Source: Christensenellales bacterium (GTDB lineage: Bacteria; Bacillota; Clostridia; Christensenellales; UBA1750). Taken from it: 46,966 nt of DNA. The stretch spans positions 1 to 46,966 of the forward strand of contig JBNRMR010000091.1 in assembly GCA_050309705.1 (NCBI GenBank). The letters run 5' to 3'. Of the stretch, positions 18,272 to 28,679 are shown in pieces. The first letter of the stretch is position 1. Each line of letters opens with the position of its first letter. The notes below the pieces were generated by a model. It saw only the letters and a list, made by a program, of their open reading frames with translations, had not been told where the DNA came from and searched no databases. The translations under genes and the position numbers were made by a program.

Positions 18272-20968
18272 TCAGCCCTCCTGACCGCAGCAGTTCTTGA
18301 ATTTCTTGCCGCTGCCGCAGGGGCATGGATCGTTTCGTCCGACTTTCTTCTCGGCGCGGGCGGGCATTCTTACCGCTGGCTGGTCCCTGTTGGCGTGGAC
18401 AGCCCTCACCGGGCGGGCTGCCTGCCTGCGCTCCACCGGCCTTTCAAAGGACATGTTCATCAAAATCGCCACGGTGCTCTCGCGAATGCCGGCAACCATG
18501 GCCTCGAACATGTCAAAGCCTTCAAACTTGTACTCCTGCACGGGGTTTTTATTGCCCACCGCCCGAAGGCCGATGCCATGGCGGAGCTGGTCCATGTTGT
18601 CGATATGTGTCATCCATTTGTCGTCAACCACCCGCAAGAGCACCACCCGCTCTATCTCGTGGAAGTCCAGGCCCGCCTCTTCCGCAGCGCTTACCCGCTC
18701 CATATACCGGCCCCTGGCAAGCTCTTTTATTTCCTCGGCAAGTTTATCCGGCTTGAGCTTCAAAAGCTCGGCCTGGCTTTGGTCAGCAAAGTAATCCTCA
18801 GCCGCAAAGAATTTCGAAAGCTCCTTTTTGAGGCCCTGGATATCCCAATCTCTATGCTGAGCATCCCTGGAGCAGAAAGCGGCGACATTTTCTTCCACCA
18901 GTTTCTCCAGCATATCCAAAATGCTTCCGCGAACGTCCTTGCCTTCAAGCACTTCGCGGCGCTGGCCGTATATCAGCTCTCTTTGCTGGTTCATCACATC
19001 GTCATACTCCAGCACGCTCTTGCGGATGTCGAAATTGCGGCCTTCCACATGTTTCTGCGCGTTTTCAATCTGCTTTGAGAGTATCGCCGCGTCGATGGCG
19101 TCGTCGTCGCCGATTCCCAGGCGATCCACCATGGGCATTATCTTGTCGGAGCCAAACAACCGCAAAAGGTCGTCCTCAAGGGAAAGATAGAAGCAAGATG
19201 AGCCCGGGTCGCCCTGACGACCGGCGCGCCCGCGAAGCTGGTTGTCTATGCGCCGCGATTCATGGCGCTCTGTGCCGATGATGTGCAGGCCACCAAGCTT
19301 CACCACGTCACCATGCTCGCGCTTTGTTTCCACGGAAAATTCGCTAATATATGCCCTAAGCTTTTCCCTGGCGGCCTTTTCCTCGTCGCTGATGTCATCC
19401 GCAAAGGAGCGCGCCGCATCGATCATTTCCTGCTCATAGCCTTCCTGGCGCATTTTTTTCATTGCCAAAAACTCTGGATTGCCACCCAAAAGTATGTCGG
19501 TTCCGCGGCCGGCCATGTTTGTGGCGATGGTAACCGCCCCCACCTTGCCCGCCTGGGCAACGATCTCCGCCTCGCGCTCATGGAACTTCGCATTCAAAAC
19601 CACATGAGGCACGCCGGACTTTTTAAGCATGGTGGATAGCTGTTCACTCTTTTCCACGGAAACGGTGCCCACCAGAACCGGCTGACCTGTTCTGTGCCGC
19701 TCGATGATCTCCTTCACGGCGTTTCGGTATTTGCCCTCCTCCCGGCGGTAGATCCTGTCGGGCATGTCCGCTCTGATCATGGGCTTGTTGGTGGGAATGG
19801 TCACAACATCCAGATTATATATGCTGTTGAACTCGCTTTCCTCGGTCTTTGCTGTGCCTGTCATGCCGGAAAGCTTGCCATACATTCTGAAATAGTTCTG
19901 GAATGTGATGGTCGCCAAAGTCTGCGATTCATGCTTGATATCGATGCCTTCCTTAGCCTCTATTGCCTGGTGCAGGCCGTCGTTATAGCGCCTGCCCACC
20001 ATGAGCCTTCCTGTAAATTCATCGACTATAAGCACTTCGCCATCCTTGACGACATAATCAATGTCCCGTTTCATTATCACATGGGCTTTAAGCGCCTGGT
20101 TTATGTGGTGATTTATCTCCGTGTTGTCGATATCGGATAGGTTTTCAATGCCGAAGTAGCGCTCCGCCTTTTCAACGCCGCTTTCCAGCAGAGTGACGCT
20201 CTTCTTTTTCTCCTCAAAGTCATAGTCATCCGGGCGCAGGGTTTTTGCGAAACTATCCGCGCTGACATATAGATCGGTGGATTTCGCCCCCTGACCGGAG
20301 ATTATCAGCGGAGTTCTGGCTTCGTCTATCAGTATGGAGTCAACTTCGTCCACGATGGCAAAGTCCAGCCCCCGTTGCACCATATCAACCTTGTGGACGA
20401 CCATATTATCCCGCAGATAATCGAAGCCGAACTCATTGTTGGTGCCATATATGATATCACAGGCATAGGCAGCCTTACGCTTTGCCGGGGCAATCTCGTT
20501 GATGATAATGCCCACGCTTAGCCCCAAAAAGCGGTATATCTTTCCCATTTCCTCGCCCTGAAACTTGGCAAGATAGTCGTTTACAGTGACTATGTGGACG
20601 CTCTGGCCGGAAAGTGCGTTGAGATATGCAGCCAGCGCCGCGGTGTGGGTCTTGCCTTCGCCAGTTCTCATCTCAGCAATTCTGCCCTGGTGCAAGACTA
20701 TACCGCCGATAAGTTGGACATCAAAATGCCTCATGCCCAGAGTGCGCCACATTGCCTCCCGGCAAACAGCAAAGGCCTCGGGCAGAATGTCGTCCAGAGT
20801 CTCACCGCTTGAAAGGCGTTGCTTGAAGCTCTGGGTCGAGCGACGCAGTTCATCATCGGACAGGGCTTTTATCCGCGGCTCAAGAGCGTTTATTTCAACC
20901 ACCGTTTTTTTGATCTTTTTTATTTCAGCTTCATTCGTATTTCCAAAAAGCTTGCGAAGAAATGTCAT
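18272..20968 (-). CDS. secA: Preprotein translocase ATPase SecA
   Basis: [57 protein letters not shown] and C-terminal [26 protein letters not shown] before the ATG at 20968. Confidence 0.98.
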   Translation of the reverse strand: MTFLRKLFGNTNEAEIKKIKKTVVEINALEPRIKALSDDELRRSTQSFKQRLSSGETLDDILPEAFAVCREAMWRTLGMRHFDVQLIGGIVLHQGRIAEMRTGEGKTHTAALAAYLNALSGQSVHIVTVNDYLAKFQGEEMGKIYRFLGLSVGIIINEIAPAKRKAAYACDIIYGTNNEFGFDYLRDNMVVHKVDMVQRGLDFAIVDEVDSILIDEARTPLIISGQGAKSTDLYVSADSFAKTLRPDDYDFEEKKKSVTLLESGVEKAERYFGIENLSDIDNTEINHHINQALKAHVIMKRDIDYVVKDGEVLIVDEFTGRLMVGRRYNDGLHQAIEAKEGIDIKHESQTLATITFQNYFRMYGKLSGMTGTAKTEESEFNSIYNLDVVTIPTNKPMIRADMPDRIYRREEGKYRNAVKEIIERHRTGQPVLVGTVSVEKSEQLSTMLKKSGVPHVVLNAKFHEREAEIVAQAGKVGAVTIATNMAGRGTDILLGGNPEFLAMKKMRQEGYEQEMIDAARSFADDISDEEKAAREKLRAYISEFSVETKREHGDVVKLGGLHIIGTERHESRRIDNQLRGRAGRQGDPGSSCFYLSLEDDLLRLFGSDKIMPMVDRLGIGDDDAIDAAILSKQIENAQKHVEGRNFDIRKSVLEYDDVMNQQRELIYGQRREVLEGKDVRGSILDMLEKLVEENVAAFCSRDAQHRDWDIQGLKKELSKFFAAEDYFADQSQAELLKLKPDKLAEEIKELARGRYMERVSAAEEAGLDFHEIERVVLLRVVDDKWMTHIDNMDQLRHGIGLRAVGNKNPVQEYKFEGFDMFEAMVAGIRESTVAILMNMSFERPVERRQAARPVRAVHANRDQPAVRMPARAEKKVGRNDPCPCGSGKKFKNCCGQEG

Positions 20969-21115
20969 TATTAACCTCCGTGGGCCAAATGCCCTTCTTT
21001 TCCATTGATATTTTATCATGCACAGGTCCTTTTCACAAGCTTTCACCTAATATATAAAAAGGCAGCCGGTTGTCTGGCCGCCTTTTATATGCTCTTTTAC
21101 GGGGATAAGGGCAGA

Positions 21116-21871
21116 TTACCACATGGAAAGGATTTTGCGCATATGAGCGCCCACGTCCATGCCATATACCCGGTTTATTTCTTCCCCGGAAAGCACCTGG
21201 GCCACACTTCCCTCCCTCAAAATCTTTCCGCCATCCATCAGCAAAACCCTATCTGCAGAGGCCATCGTCAGGTTGATATCATGAAAAACGGCCAGCGCAG
21301 CCCGCTCCCCTTGCTTAACCCAACTCCTGATATGCTCCACCGTCTCCACCTGGTTCTTGATGTCCAGATGATTCGTAGGCTCATCCAGGAGTATTATCGA
21401 GGGCTCCTGGGCAAAAACTCGCGCCAGCATCACCCGCTGAAACTGTCCGCCGGAAAGCTCGGTTATGTTTTTATCAAGGCAATCAGAAAGCCCAACCTGC
21501 TCTATGCACTCAAGAACGACGAGCCTGTCCTCCGACGTGTGGGAAGGAAAAAAGCCCTTTTTCATGTGAAGGTAGCGGCCCATCAGCACGGTTTCATAGA
21601 CAGTGTAAGGAAAATGGACGCTGCTCTGCTGGCTTAACAAAGCCGCTTTAGAGGCAATCTGCGCCCGCTTCATTGTGGCGATGTCCACCCCGAGAATTTT
21701 CACAGTGCCGGTATATGGCAAAAGCGCTGACACCGCACGAAGCAGCGTGGTCTTTCCGCAGCCATTAGGCCCACTCAGGCAGAGAACCTCTCCTTTTTCC
21801 AGCGTAAAGCCGACGCCCTTCACCACGTCGCCTTGACCGTATCCGCAAAAAAGGTCCTTCACCTCAAGCAT
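21116..21871 (-). CDS. Cobalamin/siderophore ABC transporter ATPase (BtuD-like)
   Basis: GPNGCGKTT, LSGGQFQR, LLDEPTNHLD. Confidence 0.9.
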   Translation of the reverse strand: MLEVKDLFCGYGQGDVVKGVGFTLEKGEVLCLSGPNGCGKTTLLRAVSALLPYTGTVKILGVDIATMKRAQIASKAALLSQQSSVHFPYTVYETVLMGRYLHMKKGFFPSHTSEDRLVVLECIEQVGLSDCLDKNITELSGGQFQRVMLARVFAQEPSIILLDEPTNHLDIKNQVETVEHIRSWVKQGERAALAVFHDINLTMASADRVLLMDGGKILREGSVAQVLSGEEINRVYGMDVGAHMRKILSMW

Positions 21872-22889
21872 TTTCCCTGCCCCCCTTCGCCAAATATATG
21901 TAAGCAAAAAAGGGCGCGCCGATAAGGGCCGTGATGGCGCCGATGGGCAACTCCGACGGCGATACGACAGTCCTCGCGGCAAGATCGCACAGCATCATGA
22001 AGGCGCCGGAAAAAGCAGCGCTGGCCGGCAGCACCAAAGCATGTCGGGAGCCGAAAAAGCGCCGCGCCACATGGGGGGCGATCAGATCCACAAAGCCGAT
22101 TATGCCCACCAACGATATTGCGCTGCCCGTCATGGCGGCGGCTGTTATCAGCAAAACCCACTTGACCCTTTTTAGCTCCACTCCCATGGCCATGGCCTGC
22201 TCGCCGCCGAAGGTCATTATGTCCATCTCCCGGGAATAGCGCAGCGATATCAGCGTGCAGACAGCCACAACTGGCAGCAGCAGCCCCGCATACGACCAGT
22301 CCTTGAGTGAAAAAGTGCCCAGTTGCCAAAAGACAAGGCGCTCAACGGTTTCCTTGAAGAAAGCCGATAAGAATGACAACACAGCGGTGACAAAAAGCGA
22401 AAACACCATCCCCGCCAGCACTATCGTGTGGTTTTGGACGCCGCCGTCGATCTTTCCAGCCAGGGCAACGGTGGCTATAACTGTGAAGAAGCCGAATATG
22501 AAGCCGAAAAGGGGCAAGGTGTAGCCGCCTATCAACGGTAGCGAAAAGCCGGTGATCATCACCAGATATGCGCCCAAGGATGCCCCGGACGATACCCCCA
22601 GAGTGTACGACGATGCCAGGGGGTTCTGCAAAACCGACTGCATCACCGAGCCGCTCAGGCCCAGGGCTATGCCCACGATGAATGCCAGCACCACCCGAGG
22701 CAGCCGCATTGTCCATATTATCGTGACATGAAGTGGCGGGACGCCGTCGATGCTCAGGCCGAAAAGCTTGTGAAAAATCACCCTTGCCACATCACCCGGG
22801 CCCACGGATACGCTGCCCAGACCTACTGAAAGCAGAAATATGACGATGCAGGCAGCAATAAGAATCACTGCCTTGACGCTGGTTTTCAT
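21864..22889 (-). CDS. ABC transporter permease, FecCD/BtuC family
   Basis: RLPRVV, QNPLASSYTLGVSSGA, GIIGFVDLIAPH, ELPIGAITALIGAPFF. Confidence 0.92.
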   Translation of the reverse strand: MKTSVKAVILIAACIVIFLLSVGLGSVSVGPGDVARVIFHKLFGLSIDGVPPLHVTIIWTMRLPRVVLAFIVGIALGLSGSVMQSVLQNPLASSYTLGVSSGASLGAYLVMITGFSLPLIGGYTLPLFGFIFGFFTVIATVALAGKIDGGVQNHTIVLAGMVFSLFVTAVLSFLSAFFKETVERLVFWQLGTFSLKDWSYAGLLLPVVAVCTLISLRYSREMDIMTFGGEQAMAMGVELKRVKWVLLITAAAMTGSAISLVGIIGFVDLIAPHVARRFFGSRHALVLPASAAFSGAFMMLCDLAARTVVSPSELPIGAITALIGAPFFAYIYLAKGGRENA

Positions 22890-22891
22890 AA

Positions 22892-23818
22892 TCAGTTGCC
22901 GTAGCTGCCCGGATATATGGCCTTAGCCATCGCCTCCAGCGCTTTTATTATGTTGTGGGAGGGCTGTGAGCTGTGGCTGCTGTCGATATAATAAACATCA
23001 CCATTTTTAACGGCAGTGACATCCGCGAAGGCCGGGCGGCTCATTATCTCCCCCACCGGATCGTCGATGTAGTTGACATTTGTCAAAATTACATCAGGAT
23101 TGGCGGCGACGGCGGTCTCGTCGGCCACGGCAAGCCAGCCGGTTTCGACTTCAAGCACATTCTTCGCGCCGATGATCTCTATCATCTCATTTAGAAAGGT
23201 GTCGCTACCAAAGCTGTAAATGAAGGGAGAGGCTGCGACCTCGAACAGCACCGTCTTTTTCTCCGAAATGGCGCTGCCGATGGCGGCTATGCTGTCTATC
23301 TGTGCCTTCATGCCATCCACAAGCGCCCTGGCTTCGGCGTCCTTGCCCAAAAGGCTGCCATAAAAGTCGATATCGCCGTATATGCCCTCGATGCTGTCGC
23401 TGGAGGGGATGTATGCAACGCTTACTCCCGCTTCCTTCAGCGCCTTGTAGGGATCGTCATCGCCCACCTGGCTGAGGCCTGAAACCAGCACAAGATCTGG
23501 CTCATAGGCTAGAATCGCCTCGGCATTGGGGGGATATATCTCCAAAACGCAGATGGAAGGGTCTATCCCCTCGACGCTTGTGGAGTATGTGTCCGCAGCC
23601 ACCACATTGCCGCCTTCGCCCAAGGCGAAAACGATGTCGGTTATGGCCGGCGCAAGGGACACTATCTTTTCTATCTTCGCGGGAACAGCAAACTCCTGCC
23701 CGGAGGGATCGGTCATCAGTGTTGGTTCGGCCTTTGCGGGCTGCTGCGCGCAAGAGGAGAGGGCCAAAGCAATCACCAGCGCAAGCAGCGCCGTAATGGC
23801 AGTCTTGAAGCGTTTCAT
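22892..23818 (-). CDS. ABC substrate-binding lipoprotein (BtuF-like)
   Basis: Lipobox LSS-C; KIVSLAPAITDIVFALG; PDLVL; AVKNGDVY; lies downstream of a cobalamin riboswitch. Confidence 0.9.
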   Translation of the reverse strand: MKRFKTAITALLALVIALALSSCAQQPAKAEPTLMTDPSGQEFAVPAKIEKIVSLAPAITDIVFALGEGGNVVAADTYSTSVEGIDPSICVLEIYPPNAEAILAYEPDLVLVSGLSQVGDDDPYKALKEAGVSVAYIPSSDSIEGIYGDIDFYGSLLGKDAEARALVDGMKAQIDSIAAIGSAISEKKTVLFEVAASPFIYSFGSDTFLNEMIEIIGAKNVLEVETGWLAVADETAVAANPDVILTNVNYIDDPVGEIMSRPAFADVTAVKNGDVYYIDSSHSSQPSHNIIKALEAMAKAIYPGSYGN

Positions 23819-23965
23819 TTCTATACCCCTGTTTCTTCAGAATAACAAAACACCCGCGGCTTTGGCCGGGGCGCAGACAACCACCCAACGCAGATTCAAC
23901 CTGCTTGGGCTGAGAAGTCATGCACTCCATGCACTGTGGAGCCATAACGGACCGCGCGAGGGCGG

Positions 23966-24164
23966 CCGGCAAAAGGCAGGTCTTCCGGCTTGGGCATCGT
24001 CGCTATCCCCGTCTTCCCGGCATAGTCGCCAGTGACATGCTGGGGATCGCTCTTCCCATACGGCGGCAGGACCGCTCAGGCATTGCGCTTTTGCTTTACG
24101 CGCTTACCTGATTCCCTATTATCGCACCCGGCCCCGGTGATGGGGCTGTGCGCACCTTTGCCGA
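23966..24164 (-). ncRNA. Cobalamin riboswitch
   Basis: Minus strand: AAAGGUGC...AAUAGGGAAUCAGGU...GCGGUCCUGCCGCCGUA...GUCACUGG...CCGGGAAG...AAGCCGGAAGACCUGCC (B12 box). Confidence 0.93.
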
Positions 24165-24204
24165 TATTCTGTTTGAATAATTATACCAGTGCGCTAAAGG
24201 GCTG

Positions 24205-24522
24205 TCAATGTCGCAATTCCTCGATTGCCTTTGAATAGGCCGAACAGTCATTGCGCAGCACCCGCTTCACGGGCAGCTTCGCCGCCTTGACAATGCCCAC
24301 CATGTCTATTCCAGAGCCGGAGAAAGAGGCGGCGTTCACTATCGCGCCGGCGTAAAAGCCCGCTGATATATCAAGCTTTTCCCGCAGCTCGCTCTCGCTC
24401 TCGGCCATAAAAAAGTCCACCGTGATGGCGGCCTTAAAAGCGGCCTTCGTCACGAGGACCATGAAATCCGCATACTCCTTCGCGCCCACTGCCGGGCCGC
24501 TGATTATCAAAAGCCTTTGCAA
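24205..24522 (-). CDS. Degenerate type II 3-dehydroquinase (AroQ)-like protein
   Basis: TTG start after AGAGG. LLIISGP, VDFFMAESESEL, GAIVNAASF and LPVKRV align by eye with AroQ ILVLNGP, FFQSNHEGEL, GIIINPAAF and PVVEVH. Confidence 0.55.
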   Translation of the reverse strand: MQRLLIISGPAVGAKEYADFMVLVTKAAFKAAITVDFFMAESESELREKLDISAGFYAGAIVNAASFSGSGIDMVGIVKAAKLPVKRVLRNDCSAYSKAIEELRH

Positions 24523-24541
24523 ACTCGTTCCTCTTTTATGT

Positions 24542-24964
24542 TTATTTAAGATATAGCACCACCAGTTCAAGCTCCTCGTTGAAGGAAAGCGTGAACTGGG
24601 ACGTGCCGTTTTCATGGCTGCTTACTATTACAGCCACGGCATATTCCTCGCCCGATGCCGTGTCCTTTTGCCCGACTACCACCACCGATTTATATTCGCT
24701 GTGAGCCCCGAGTTTTTCAAGCACCGGCGACCAGCCTTCCCGCAGGCTTTCCACAGTCAGGGCGTCCGCCACAGAAGGGCTCAGTCGGTCGATTATGGCT
24801 GCGTAATCGCCAGCTTCAGCCAGCATGACGACCTCCTTTGCAGCGCTTTCCACCTCAGTTTTATCATAGGCGGAGGAAAGCTGCATCGAAAGCCCACAGC
24901 CTGCCAGCAGTCCCAGCAAAAAAAGCAGAGAAACAGACAACATAAAAACTCTAAAGCGTTTCAT
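24542..24964 (-). CDS. Lipoprotein (DUF3887-like)
   Basis: Lipobox LAG-C; LREGWSPVLEKLG...ENGTSQFTLSFNEELELVVLY pattern. Confidence 0.65.
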   Translation of the reverse strand: MKRFRVFMLSVSLLFLLGLLAGCGLSMQLSSAYDKTEVESAAKEVVMLAEAGDYAAIIDRLSPSVADALTVESLREGWSPVLEKLGAHSEYKSVVVVGQKDTASGEEYAVAVIVSSHENGTSQFTLSFNEELELVVLYLK

Positions 24965-24974
24965 TTTACACTCC

Positions 24975-25868
24975 TTAGTCGCCTATGTAGCCAAGATTTT
25001 TAAGTTCGCTTGAGCGGTTTCGCCAGTCCGGCACCACCTTAACCCAAAGCTGCAGGTTGATCTGCCCGTCCAAAAGCCGCTCGATCTCATACCTGGCTGC
25101 GGAGCCAATCTTGCCGATCATACCACCGCGCTTGCCTATGATGATGCTCTTATGGCTGTTTTTTTCGCAGTAAATAGTCGCCTGGATGTGGGTCACGCCG
25201 GAGGGCGCTTTTTTTATCTCCATAATTTCAATGCCGATTCCGTGGGGAATCTCCTCGTCCAGATGCATCAGCGCTTTTTCGCGGATGATCTCCGCCACAA
25301 GGAATCTTTCAGGCATGTCGGTGATGTAATTTTCCGGGAAGTACTGAGGGCCCTGGGGCAGATGATTTTTAATAAGACCCTTGACCCTTTCAACACCGTC
25401 GCCGCTAAGGGCGCTTATGGGCACCAGCTCCTGCACCTCATACTTTGAAAAGCGCTCAATCGCCAGGGCCAGCTCCTCCTTTGAAACCTTGTCGATCTTG
25501 TTTAAAATGAGCAGCTTCTTCACGCGGCGCGCCGAGTATTTGTCCAGTATCTCCACATCCGCCGCCCTGATATCGCTGACATCGACGACAAAAATCAGAA
25601 TTTCCGTGTCCACCAGCGCATTTTCAACGGCCTTCATCATGTTTGTGCCAAGGGCAGTTCGAGGCTTATGTATGCCAGGCGTATCCATAAAAACGGCCTG
25701 AAAGCCCTCTTCTGTCATCACGCCCATTATCCTGTTACGGGTGGTCTGAGCCTTTTGCGAAACGATGGCCACCTTCTCGCCGATCAAGGCGTTCATAAGA
25801 GTGCTTTTGCCCACATTAGGCCTGCCCAAAATGGCTACAAAGCCAGATTTATATCCTTTGTCCTGCAT
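24975..25868 (-). CDS. era: GTPase Era
   Basis: SGFVAILGRPNVGKSTL, QTTR, DTPG, NKID and a KH domain (IIIGKRG). Confidence 0.97.
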   Translation of the reverse strand: MQDKGYKSGFVAILGRPNVGKSTLMNALIGEKVAIVSQKAQTTRNRIMGVMTEEGFQAVFMDTPGIHKPRTALGTNMMKAVENALVDTEILIFVVDVSDIRAADVEILDKYSARRVKKLLILNKIDKVSKEELALAIERFSKYEVQELVPISALSGDGVERVKGLIKNHLPQGPQYFPENYITDMPERFLVAEIIREKALMHLDEEIPHGIGIEIMEIKKAPSGVTHIQATIYCEKNSHKSIIIGKRGGMIGKIGSAARYEIERLLDGQINLQLWVKVVPDWRNRSSELKNLGYIGD

Positions 25869-26406
25869 TTATTTCTTTCCTGCTCTCTTTTTCTCGTTCA
25901 AGCCCGGCCAGCGCCATGGCTCTTTCCTCCAAAGCCCGCATCAGGGCCTTTTCATATTCACTCATATGGTCATAGCCCAAAAGATGGGCCGTGGAATGGG
26001 CGCAAAGATAGCCCACCTCCCGCAAAAAGCCGTGGCCATATTCCACAGCCTGCTCCGCTGCTCTTTTAACGCAGATGACGATATCGCCCAAAAAAACCGC
26101 GCCTGTTTCCACGTCGATCTGGCTTTTTTTCGGCTTAAAGGTTCCTTTATCACCAGGCTTTAGCTTTACCGCCGGAAATGAAAGCACATCGGTTATGGCG
26201 TCCACGCCTCGGGTGCGTCTGTTGATTTCGCGCATCTGTTCCTCATCGGTAAATCGCACGCAGATCAACGCATCACAGGACAACCCGTCACAGGAAAGCA
26301 GAGCCTTCGCGCACTTTGCGCAGATCATTTCCGTCTGTTTCTCATCTGCGCCTTCGCTCAGCCAGTTTCGGCCACCGTCCCAGATAAACTCAACGGCAAG
26401 GCTCAT
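25849..26406 (-). CDS. ybeY: rRNA maturation endoribonuclease YbeY
   Basis: TDVLSFP, LGDIVIC and AHSTAHLLGYDH motifs. Confidence 0.93.
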   Translation of the reverse strand: MSLAVEFIWDGGRNWLSEGADEKQTEMICAKCAKALLSCDGLSCDALICVRFTDEEQMREINRRTRGVDAITDVLSFPAVKLKPGDKGTFKPKKSQIDVETGAVFLGDIVICVKRAAEQAVEYGHGFLREVGYLCAHSTAHLLGYDHMSEYEKALMRALEERAMALAGLEREKESRKEINAGQRI

Positions 26407-28619
26407 CATTTTCCGCCCTCATCCAGCTCTTGTTTCGCCTCGATTTCATGCACTGCCAACGGCGGAGCGGGGATTGCGCCATCCCTTTTTTCCAGCTCCG
26501 GGTAGGCTATTCTGTCATGATAAAACCCGCCCAACACAAACAGGAAGGACTGGGTCACCGTTTCAAGCTCTTTTAAGGTGATGGGCGCCTCGTCCAACTG
26601 GCCGTCCTGCAAGCGAGTTTTCACCAGCTTGCGCACCATGGCTTCGATATCCTCCGGGTTGCGCTTCTTCATCGAGCGGGTTGCAGCCTCCACCGAGTCC
26701 GCCAGGAAAACTATGGCCGCTTCCTTTGAGCTTGGCTTCGGCCCGTCATAGGAAAAGTCGGACTTGTCCACAGCGTCGGCAGCGAAGCCGGCTTCCTCGG
26801 CCTTTTTAACTGCCGTCACATAGAAGTATGCTGCGGCTGACCGCCCATGGTGCTGGCGGATAATATTTTCAATGCTCTTGGGAAGCTTATATTTCTGGGC
26901 AAGGGCAACGCCGTCGCGTGTGTGATCGGTGATAACAGCCGCCGAAACGTAGGGGTCCATCGTGTCATGGGGATTTTCACCGCTTATCTGATTTTCCTTA
27001 AACATCTGCGGTCTTTTCAGTTTGCCGATGTCGTGAAAATATGCGCCCACCCTGGCCAGCAGATCATCAGCGCCGATGCTCCTTGCCGCCGCCTCTGCAA
27101 GATTGGCCACAATGAGGCTATGGTGGTATGTGCCGGGGGCCTCAGTTTGAAGGCGTCTTAAAAGAGCATTGTTCGGGTTGGAGATTTCCATCAACTTTTG
27201 GGGAGTTACCACCGCGAATATGTTCTCCAAAAGGGGCGCAAGGCCCATGGCGAACAGCGCCGATATGATGGCCGAGCCCGCAAAATAGGCCGCTGATATC
27301 AGCGTTTCTTCCATGCGCGAAGTGGTCATGATGCCGATTCCCGTCATTATCGCGAAGTTCATCAGCGCCACCACCAGGCCGGAATAGACCATCGAAAGGC
27401 GCTGGGTTGTCCTTCTGACCAGCATGGCTGAAAGTGTGCCGCTTATGACGCTGACCAACAGTATGTTGAACATTCCGGTGGCAAAAATGCCTTCATCGCC
27501 GGTGGCCAAAAGCCCCACCAACACCGCCAGCGATGTGTTGCACACTATGGCAAAGCGCTGGTTTAACAGCAACGCAAAGAGGAACACTCCCAGTTGAAGG
27601 GGTATCAGGTATACGTTTATCCTTCTGAAAATGACGCCCACGCCCAATATGACCAGCAGCACGCAGACTATCATCAAAATAAGCTTCGGCTGTTTTATTA
27701 TGTCCTTTTCCAAAAGCAGCATATATATCAGAAGCTGCACAAACACCAATGTGACCACAATGGCAAGGCCAAGATACAGCGACAGGTCCACGCTGTCGTC
27801 CTCCAAGAGGCCCAGCTTGGCGATAACTTCATATTGCGCCTGGGTCACGATTTCGTTGGCCACCACCACGTTCTGGCCCTTTTTGTACATCACCGGCTCC
27901 ACGGCGGCCTCGGCCTTGTCGCGGGCGGCGCTGGTTCCTTCTTCGTCGAAGAACATGTTTGGCCTAAGGTTTTCCACCACCACAGCGTTCGCAAGAGGGA
28001 TAAGACTCGTTTCAACGGTGAAATAGGGGCTTTGCAGGTCGCGAACGATCCGCGAGGCCACCTCGCTCACTTCGCTTTCGTTGACTCCGGACTCCAGCGC
28101 GCTGCTTATCAGCTGGGCAAAAACCTTCGCAAAGGAGCTATAGCTGCCCTCGCTGACCAGCAAAACGTTCTGCGCCTGGGTTCTTGTCAGGCTCATGGGC
28201 AAAAGCGCGTTGGTAAACTCATCCACCATTGATATGGGGGGCATGTATATCGTCATGTCGGCGGTCTTGTTTTCACTTGCCGCCTTTTGATATTTGGCGC
28301 GGTATTCCGCCACTATCTGCAACGCGGCTTCAACATCATCCGCCACTTCTTGCGCCACGGCGTCGTCCCGCTTGAACATGCTGTCAACAGAAGCCCGCGC
28401 ACGCTCGATGTTTGCACGAGTCGTGACCTCGTCCTCCACAGCCTTGGTGGCGGTAATTGTGGACTGGGCGATCTCCCCAACCACCAGATTGTAACGTTTT
28501 GGCGTAACCACGTTTGACAAAACCAGATATATCAGCATGAAGCCAAGAACGCCAATAATAAGGCTGATCGCGGCTGGTTTTAGCTTAAAATAGCTTTTTG
28601 CGGCTATTTTATTCCTCAT
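26406..28619 (-). CDS. 7TM-HD (HDIG) phosphohydrolase, PgpH/YqfF-like c-di-AMP phosphodiesterase
   Basis: Extracellular domain, ~7 TM segments, EAPGTYHHS, YFHDIGK, QHHG and LADSVEAA; located between phoH and ybeY. Confidence 0.9.
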   Translation of the reverse strand: MRNKIAAKSYFKLKPAAISLIIGVLGFMLIYLVLSNVVTPKRYNLVVGEIAQSTITATKAVEDEVTTRANIERARASVDSMFKRDDAVAQEVADDVEAALQIVAEYRAKYQKAASENKTADMTIYMPPISMVDEFTNALLPMSLTRTQAQNVLLVSEGSYSSFAKVFAQLISSALESGVNESEVSEVASRIVRDLQSPYFTVETSLIPLANAVVVENLRPNMFFDEEGTSAARDKAEAAVEPVMYKKGQNVVVANEIVTQAQYEVIAKLGLLEDDSVDLSLYLGLAIVVTLVFVQLLIYMLLLEKDIIKQPKLILMIVCVLLVILGVGVIFRRINVYLIPLQLGVFLFALLLNQRFAIVCNTSLAVLVGLLATGDEGIFATGMFNILLVSVISGTLSAMLVRRTTQRLSMVYSGLVVALMNFAIMTGIGIMTTSRMEETLISAAYFAGSAIISALFAMGLAPLLENIFAVVTPQKLMEISNPNNALLRRLQTEAPGTYHHSLIVANLAEAAARSIGADDLLARVGAYFHDIGKLKRPQMFKENQISGENPHDTMDPYVSAAVITDHTRDGVALAQKYKLPKSIENIIRQHHGRSAAAYFYVTAVKKAEEAGFAADAVDKSDFSYDGPKPSSKEAAIVFLADSVEAATRSMKKRNPEDIEAMVRKLVKTRLQDGQLDEAPITLKELETVTQSFLFVLGGFYHDRIAYPELEKRDGAIPAPPLAVHEIEAKQELDEGGK

Positions 28620-28679
28620 GGCCCCTCCTTCGCACTGTGTGTTTAATAAGTTAGTGTTTTTGCTGTACCTTAAAAACCC

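Noticed and set aside
18266-19078. 270-aa plus-strand ORF and other long antisense ORFs over core genes
   Set aside because: These are shadow frames of well-supported genes (secA, aro genes, purC) in GC-rich coding sequence.
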